From an uncultured Candidatus Entotheonella sp. (lineage in GTDB: Bacteria; Tectomicrobia; Entotheonellia; Entotheonellales; Entotheonellaceae), in contig OZ244252.1 in the NCBI GenBank assembly GCA_965217185.1, positions 2,240,001-2,304,000 of the forward strand: DNA of 64,000 nt, given 5' to 3'. The notes under the pieces were generated by a model. That model saw nothing but the letters and a program-made list of their open reading frames with translations. It ran no database searches and was not told the DNA's origin. A program made the translations under genes and the position numbers. This document shows, one piece after another, positions 59,048 to 64,000 of this stretch; position 1 is the first letter of the stretch; each line of letters begins with the position of its first letter.

Positions 59048-60226
59048 TCAGATCAATTCCCCATATCGCCCGAACGTTTCAAACTCCTCTTGCAGCAGCG
59101 CCTTGGCAATGATCAGTTTGTGGATGGTCGGGGTGCCCTCCTCAAGCCAATTCAGACGCGCATCACGGTAAAGCATCTCGATACGACTGGACTTCAGATA
59201 ACCCAGTCCGCCGTGCACCAGGAGTGCTTTGTCGGTGACCCGTCCGACTGCTTCCAGGCCGAAGAGCTTGCACATGGATGACTCGGCGGCAATGCGTTGG
59301 CCGGCGTCGTACTTGCCCAAGGCGTCGAGGATCATGTGGCGCAGGGCGTAGATGTCCGTGCCCATTTCGGCCAGATAGCCCTGTACGGCTTGGCGGCTGG
59401 CGATGGGCTTGCCGAAGGTGACGCGCTGCTTGGCCCACGCCAGCGATAGTTCCAGCGAGCGCTCAGCGGTGCCAAGGGCCGCAACGGCGATGAAGACACG
59501 GCTGACCTCGAGAAAGGCGAGCAACTGCTCAGGCCCCATGCCCTCTTGGCCGAGGATGTTCTCGACAGGCACGGCCACGTCTTCAAAGGTCAGCAGATCG
59601 TGCGAGGCGCCGGAGCAACCCATGGTGTGAGCCATGGGTGTGATCGTGAAGCCGGGCATGCCGCGCTCGACCAGAAGCACGCTGAACTGCCGCTCAGGGC
59701 TCAGGGCCGGGTTGCTGGTGAAGCAGAAAATGGCGAACAAATCGGCCTCGCGCGCGTTGGTGATCAAGTGCTTGCGGCCGTTCAGAATGTAGGCGTCACC
59801 CTTGCGTACCGCCGTGCAATTGCTGTCCAGGCCGGAGCCGCTGTCCGGTTCGGTGAGGCCGAAGCAGACCAGCAGGTCGCCGGTTGCCATAGCCGGCAGG
59901 TAGCGCGCTTGCTGCTCCGGCCGGCCGGTTTCGATCAAGTGCACGCTGCTGTTGTGCACGTGCAGCATGGCCCGAATGCCGCCGTGTATCTTGGCCAACT
60001 CCTTTAGCACGGCGGCGTACTGCACGGTACTGAGGCCCAGGCCGCCGTAGGCTTCGGGCACCAGACAGTCGAAGAGATGGTGGTTGCGGAATTTTGGGCG
60101 CAGTTGCTCGAAAGGGATCAGTTCATCGCGCTCGATCTGTGGCACCAGGGGGTCGATTTCCTGCCACAGAAAGGTCTTGACGTCCTGCAGGTATGCCTCA
60201 AACGCGGCTTCGTCGGGAAAGACCAT
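59048..60226 (-). CDS. Acyl-CoA dehydrogenase
   Basis: VPEAYGG, FGLTEPDSGS, LNGRK, RVTFGKPI, HGGLGY and EEGTPTIHK. Confidence 0.9.
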   Translation of the reverse strand: MVFPDEAAFEAYLQDVKTFLWQEIDPLVPQIERDELIPFEQLRPKFRNHHLFDCLVPEAYGGLGLSTVQYAAVLKELAKIHGGIRAMLHVHNSSVHLIETGRPEQQARYLPAMATGDLLVCFGLTEPDSGSGLDSNCTAVRKGDAYILNGRKHLITNAREADLFAIFCFTSNPALSPERQFSVLLVERGMPGFTITPMAHTMGCSGASHDLLTFEDVAVPVENILGQEGMGPEQLLAFLEVSRVFIAVAALGTAERSLELSLAWAKQRVTFGKPIASRQAVQGYLAEMGTDIYALRHMILDALGKYDAGQRIAAESSMCKLFGLEAVGRVTDKALLVHGGLGYLKSSRIEMLYRDARLNWLEEGTPTIHKLIIAKALLQEEFETFGRYGELI

Positions 60227-60255
60227 GGGACGCTCCGTTGTGTGAGAAACCGGCC

Positions 60256-61425
60256 CTAATCGGTGAGCAGTTGCTTGGCGATGGTTTGCAACTGGATGAA
60301 CGAGGTGCCTTCGTAGATTTTGCCGACCTTGGCATCGCGAAAGAATTTCTCGACCGGCGCCTCCTTCGTGTAGCCGATGCCGCCGAAGACTTCCAAGGCT
60401 TTTGAGGTGACCCGCTCGGCCATCTGGGCGGTGAAGTACTTGGTCATCGCTGCTTCCGTCAGGAAAGGCTCGCCGGCGTCTTTCAACCGTGCGGCGTTGT
60501 ATACCATGAGCCGGGCGGCTTCGACCTCGGTTGCCATCTCGGCTAGTTGAAATTGCATGGCCTGGAAGGAACTGATGGGCTTGCCGAACTGCTGGCGCGT
60601 CTTGGCGTAGCCGATGGCGGCTTGCAGGGCGCCTGCGGCGACACCGACCATCTGGGCGCCAATGCCGATGCGCCCTTCGTTGAGGGTTTCGATGGCCACC
60701 TTGTAGCCTTCGCCGACCTTGCCCAGGACGTTTGCCGCGGGCACCGTGCAGTTCTCCAAGAGTAACTCGCACGTGCTGCTGGCGCGGATGCCGAGTTTCT
60801 TCTCACTCTTGCCGACCTGCAGTCCAGGGGTGTCGCGCTCGACCAGAAAGGCCGTGATGCCTTTGTGACCCAAGACGGGGTCGATATTGGCAAAAATGAT
60901 GAACAGATCGGCTTCTCGCGCATTCGAGGTCCACAGCTTGCGCCCGTTCAGCAAGTACTGCTCACCCTGGCGCGTGGCACGGGCCTGCAAGGAGAAGGCG
61001 TCGCTGCCGGCGTCGGCTTCCGACAGTGAATAAGACGCAATGGCGTGTTTCGCCAGCATGGGCAGAAACGCGGCGTGTTGCTCGGGGTTGCCCCAGCGCA
61101 GGACGGCGTTGGTGACCAGGGTGTTGTGCACGTCCACGACCACCGCTACTGCGGCATCGACGCGCGACAGTTCTTCGATCGCCAGACACGACATGAAGAA
61201 AGTGCCTCCGGGGCCGCCGTAGGCTTCGGGGATTTCGATGCCCATCAAACCGAGGTCGAACAGCTTGGGTAGCAGGGCGGGTTCGAGGCGCCCGTTTTCA
61301 TCCATTGAGGCCACAAAGGGGCTGATCGCCTCTTCTGCAAAGTCGCGCACCGCCGCGCGAAAGAGGTTTTCCTCTTCCTTCAACGTGGTCAGCGGTGCGG
61401 CCGTCTGGGTGTCCGTGGCAGGCAT
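60256..61425 (-). CDS. Short/branched-chain acyl-CoA dehydrogenase
   Basis: YSLSEADAGSDA, KLGIRASST, LNEGRIGI, RQQFG and RDAKVGKIYEGTS. Confidence 0.93.
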   Translation of the reverse strand: MPATDTQTAAPLTTLKEEENLFRAAVRDFAEEAISPFVASMDENGRLEPALLPKLFDLGLMGIEIPEAYGGPGGTFFMSCLAIEELSRVDAAVAVVVDVHNTLVTNAVLRWGNPEQHAAFLPMLAKHAIASYSLSEADAGSDAFSLQARATRQGEQYLLNGRKLWTSNAREADLFIIFANIDPVLGHKGITAFLVERDTPGLQVGKSEKKLGIRASSTCELLLENCTVPAANVLGKVGEGYKVAIETLNEGRIGIGAQMVGVAAGALQAAIGYAKTRQQFGKPISSFQAMQFQLAEMATEVEAARLMVYNAARLKDAGEPFLTEAAMTKYFTAQMAERVTSKALEVFGGIGYTKEAPVEKFFRDAKVGKIYEGTSFIQLQTIAKQLLTD

Positions 61426-61650
61426 ACCGATCTCCAGGAAATAAATTGAGGTGACTGTTTGGAAGACTTAATTCTACACGCAATCACGGTGCGTTCCTAG
61501 GGCTGCAATGGCGCCGGACACCCGTTTGCCCCGCCCTTATCGTCAAGATATACTGCACTGTCCAAAACATTCCGGCGTGGCTCAGCTAGGCGAACGGATG
61601 GGAAGTGACCGGGTTGTGCCACGAGTGTCAGGGATTGAGGGGGAACTGCG

Positions 61651-62694
61651 GTGAGCAAAATCAAGGCAAGTGTTATTGGGGCGTCGGGCTACGGCGGCGC
61701 CGAGGCGGTGCGGCTGCTGGCCAGCCATCCGCACGTGGATATCGTGCACGTTACCGCCGAGTCGCAACAGGGCCGCGCCATGTCCAGCTTGTACCCGAAT
61801 CTGCGGCGCTTTGTGGATCAGGAAATGATCGCGGTGGATGCCAAACGCATCGGGTGCGAATCCGACGTGGCTTTCGTGTCGCTGCCTAGCGGCAAGGCCA
61901 TGCACTTAGTGCCGGGGTTGCTTGAGCAGGGCTGCAAGGTTATTGATGTTGCCGCCGACTTCCGCTTGCGCGACGCGTCTCTCTACCCCATTTGGTACAA
62001 GTTCGAGCATAAGGCGCCGTCGTTCCTGTCCGAAGCGGTGTACGGTTTGCCGGAATTGCACCGCGATGCCATTGCCGGGACGCGTCTGCTGGCCAATCCG
62101 GGCTGTTACCCCGCGGCTTCGCTGTTGGCGTTGGCGCCATTGGTGCGGGCTGGCGTCGTCAGGCCCGCGGGCATCGTTATTGACGCCAAGTCCGGTATTT
62201 CCGGTGCCGGACGCGGCGGCGGCGGCGGTTTCGGCTATAGCGAGGTCAACGAAAACGCGCGGGCGTACGGCGTAGCAGGTCACAATCACACGGCGGAGAT
62301 CGAGCAGGAGTTGAGCGGGCTTGCCGGCGAAACCGTTCGGGTGGTCTTCACGCCACATCTCATCCCGATGACGCGGGGTATCCTGGCCACCACCTACGCC
62401 GCCTTGGCGGGCGACCTCAATCAGGAGGAGGCGCTGAGCCTCTATGACGACTATTATGGTGATGCCCCGTTCATGCGCGTGCTGCACGATGCCTTACCGG
62501 AGACCAAGGCGACACTTGGGTCCAATTACTGCGACGTGACAGTGAGGATCGACGCCCGCACCCGGACAGCGATCGCCATCGCCGCCATTGACAACCTCGG
62601 GCGTGGCGCTGCCGGGCAGGCCATCCAGAACATGAACCTGATGTGCGGTTTGCCGGAGAGCGCGGGCCTTCTGTTTCCAGCCCTCTACCCTTGA
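61651..62694 (+). CDS. argC: N-acetyl-gamma-glutamyl-phosphate reductase
   Basis: GASGYGG, ADFRL, YGLPE, ANPGCY, SGISGAG, FTPHL and DNLGRGAAGQA. Confidence 0.96.
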   Translation: MSKIKASVIGASGYGGAEAVRLLASHPHVDIVHVTAESQQGRAMSSLYPNLRRFVDQEMIAVDAKRIGCESDVAFVSLPSGKAMHLVPGLLEQGCKVIDVAADFRLRDASLYPIWYKFEHKAPSFLSEAVYGLPELHRDAIAGTRLLANPGCYPAASLLALAPLVRAGVVRPAGIVIDAKSGISGAGRGGGGGFGYSEVNENARAYGVAGHNHTAEIEQELSGLAGETVRVVFTPHLIPMTRGILATTYAALAGDLNQEEALSLYDDYYGDAPFMRVLHDALPETKATLGSNYCDVTVRIDARTRTAIAIAAIDNLGRGAAGQAIQNMNLMCGLPESAGLLFPALYP

Positions 62695-62717
62695 TTTCCC
62701 CTGCTGGGCCCACCTTC

Positions 62718-63455
62718 TTATTGTTCTGCGGGAATGACGTCTTCTTCCGGTTTCTTGCGTCGAATCAGAGTTTCGACAGGGCCGGAGAGCGCGTAGCTGA
62801 GGGAGAGGAGAAACAGGGACAATTCCGGCATAAGGGCGAGCATAATGAGGACGAACGTGCCGCCCACAACGAGGGGCAGGGACCAGATGCGCTTGATGCG
62901 GATTTTCTTGAAACTGCGATATCTGACGTTGCTCACCATGAGGAAGGCGAGCGCGTAGATGGCAATGACCAGGCCGAGAGGTTGATCGGCATTGAGAACG
63001 TGAAAATGACCCGTGGTGTCGTGGCCCAACAGCGTCGCCGCGGCGATGACGCTGGCCGCCGCCGGGATTGGCAAGCCCGTGAAGACATACCGCTGTACAT
63101 GCGACGCCTGAACGTTGAAGCGCGCCAGCCGCAGGGCGCCGCAAACAACAAAGAGGAATGCCGCTAGCCACCCGAACAGGCCCAGCGAACCGAGGAACCA
63201 GTTGAACAGCAACCATCCTGGCGCCATGCCGAACGACAGCAGGTCTGCCAGCGAGTCGTATTCCAGCCCGAAAGCGCTGGCCGAGTTGGTCATCCGGGCG
63301 ACTTTGCCGTCAACCGCGTCCAGTCCCACCGCCACCAGGATCGCTAAGGCGGCCTGCGTGTACTGACCGTTGCTGGCGGCGATCATACTGAGAAAGCCGA
63401 ACAGCAGGTTGGCTGACGTAAAGAGATTGGGAAGTAGATACAGGCCTTTTCTCAT
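62718..63455 (-). CDS. pssA: CDP-diacylglycerol--serine O-phosphatidyltransferase
   Basis: LPNLFT, DAVDGKVAR...FG..YDSLAD, LRLARFN and FTGLPIP. Confidence 0.94.
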   Translation of the reverse strand: MRKGLYLLPNLFTSANLLFGFLSMIAASNGQYTQAALAILVAVGLDAVDGKVARMTNSASAFGLEYDSLADLLSFGMAPGWLLFNWFLGSLGLFGWLAAFLFVVCGALRLARFNVQASHVQRYVFTGLPIPAAASVIAAATLLGHDTTGHFHVLNADQPLGLVIAIYALAFLMVSNVRYRSFKKIRIKRIWSLPLVVGGTFVLIMLALMPELSLFLLSLSYALSGPVETLIRRKKPEEDVIPAEQ

Positions 63456-64000
63456 GTCTCTCGCGGCACCTTCAGATAAGCGAGGATGGTTTCGCCGCCA
63501 CGCACCTTATCGCCAATCTGAGCGACAACGTTGGCATCAGCAGGGAGGAACAGGTCGGTGCGCGAGCCGAAGCGGATCAATCCGTAGCGTTGGCCCCTGT
63601 CCAGCATGTCACCGGGGCGCGCTCGACAGACAATGCGCCGTGCCAAAATACCGGCGATCTGCTTCACGGCGACAGCGACCTCCGGGCCGTCGATGGTAAT
63701 GCGGTTCGACTCATTTTCGCGCGACGCCTCGGAACGATAAGCCGGCACAAAGCGGCCTGGCTTGTAGATCACTTCGGTTACCTTGCCAGCATACGGGGCC
63801 CGGTTGACGTGCACGTCTGCGACCGACAGGAAAATGCTGATGCGGCGGCGCTCTTCCTCCATTTCAATTTCATGCACGCGTCCGTCGGCTGGCGATACGA
63901 CAGCCCCCGGTGTCTGCGGGATGGCCCGTTCCGGGTCACGGAAGAAGCACGATACGGCCGCCGTCAGCACAACACCAATTCCAGCGGCCAATTCCCAGCC
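63452..64000 (-). CDS. psd: Phosphatidylserine decarboxylase proenzyme (5' end lies outside the window)
   Basis: FFRDPER, SPADG, IFLS..DVHVNRAP, QIAG..ARRI and FGSR cleavage motif. Confidence 0.93.
   Translation of the reverse strand, partial: GWELAAGIGVVLTAAVSCFFRDPERAIPQTPGAVVSPADGRVHEIEMEEERRRISIFLSVADVHVNRAPYAGKVTEVIYKPGRFVPAYRSEASRENESNRITIDGPEVAVAVKQIAGILARRIVCRARPGDMLDRGQRYGLIRFGSRTDLFLPADANVVAQIGDKVRGGETILAYLKVPRET

Noticed and set aside
59048..60772. 574-aa ORF suggesting an extended acyl-CoA dehydrogenase
   Set aside because: The extension overlaps the upstream acyl-CoA dehydrogenase out of frame; these are two separate genes
61572..61600. GGCGTGGCTCAGCTAGG, resembling a tRNA 5' half
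   Set aside because: No T-loop (GTTCRA) or acceptor-stem complement downstream

Overview
GC-rich bacterial chromosomal window with about 55 genes, mostly housekeeping or metabolic: hisC, amt, hisS, tldD/tldE, cysQ, dnaK-grpE, rqcH, argC, pssA-psd, several acyl-CoA enzymes and MFS transporters. I found no rRNA, tRNA or CRISPR array. The main points of interest are: (i) a complete sigma54 divergon (two -24/-12 boxes, an IHF site and palindromic UAS) between amt and a NifA-like activator, with no nif genes in the window; (ii) a lower-GC, decaying defence-like island (remnant of a type IIG R-M C-terminus, AAA ATPase, PD-(D/E)XK-like protein) whose ATPase is interrupted by a 129-bp MITE with a TA target-site duplication; (iii) a citrate synthase-prpF-aconitase operon that lacks prpB and is instead coupled to a MetE-like Zn enzyme; (iv) a thiolase with Ser in place of the catalytic Cys and a C-terminal extension; (v) an orphan nuclease-like gene after grpE; (vi) a ~1.9-kb tandem duplication carrying LuxR-type regulators; (vii) several pseudogenised secreted-protein genes. 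All product calls come from reading motifs by eye; no database search was run.
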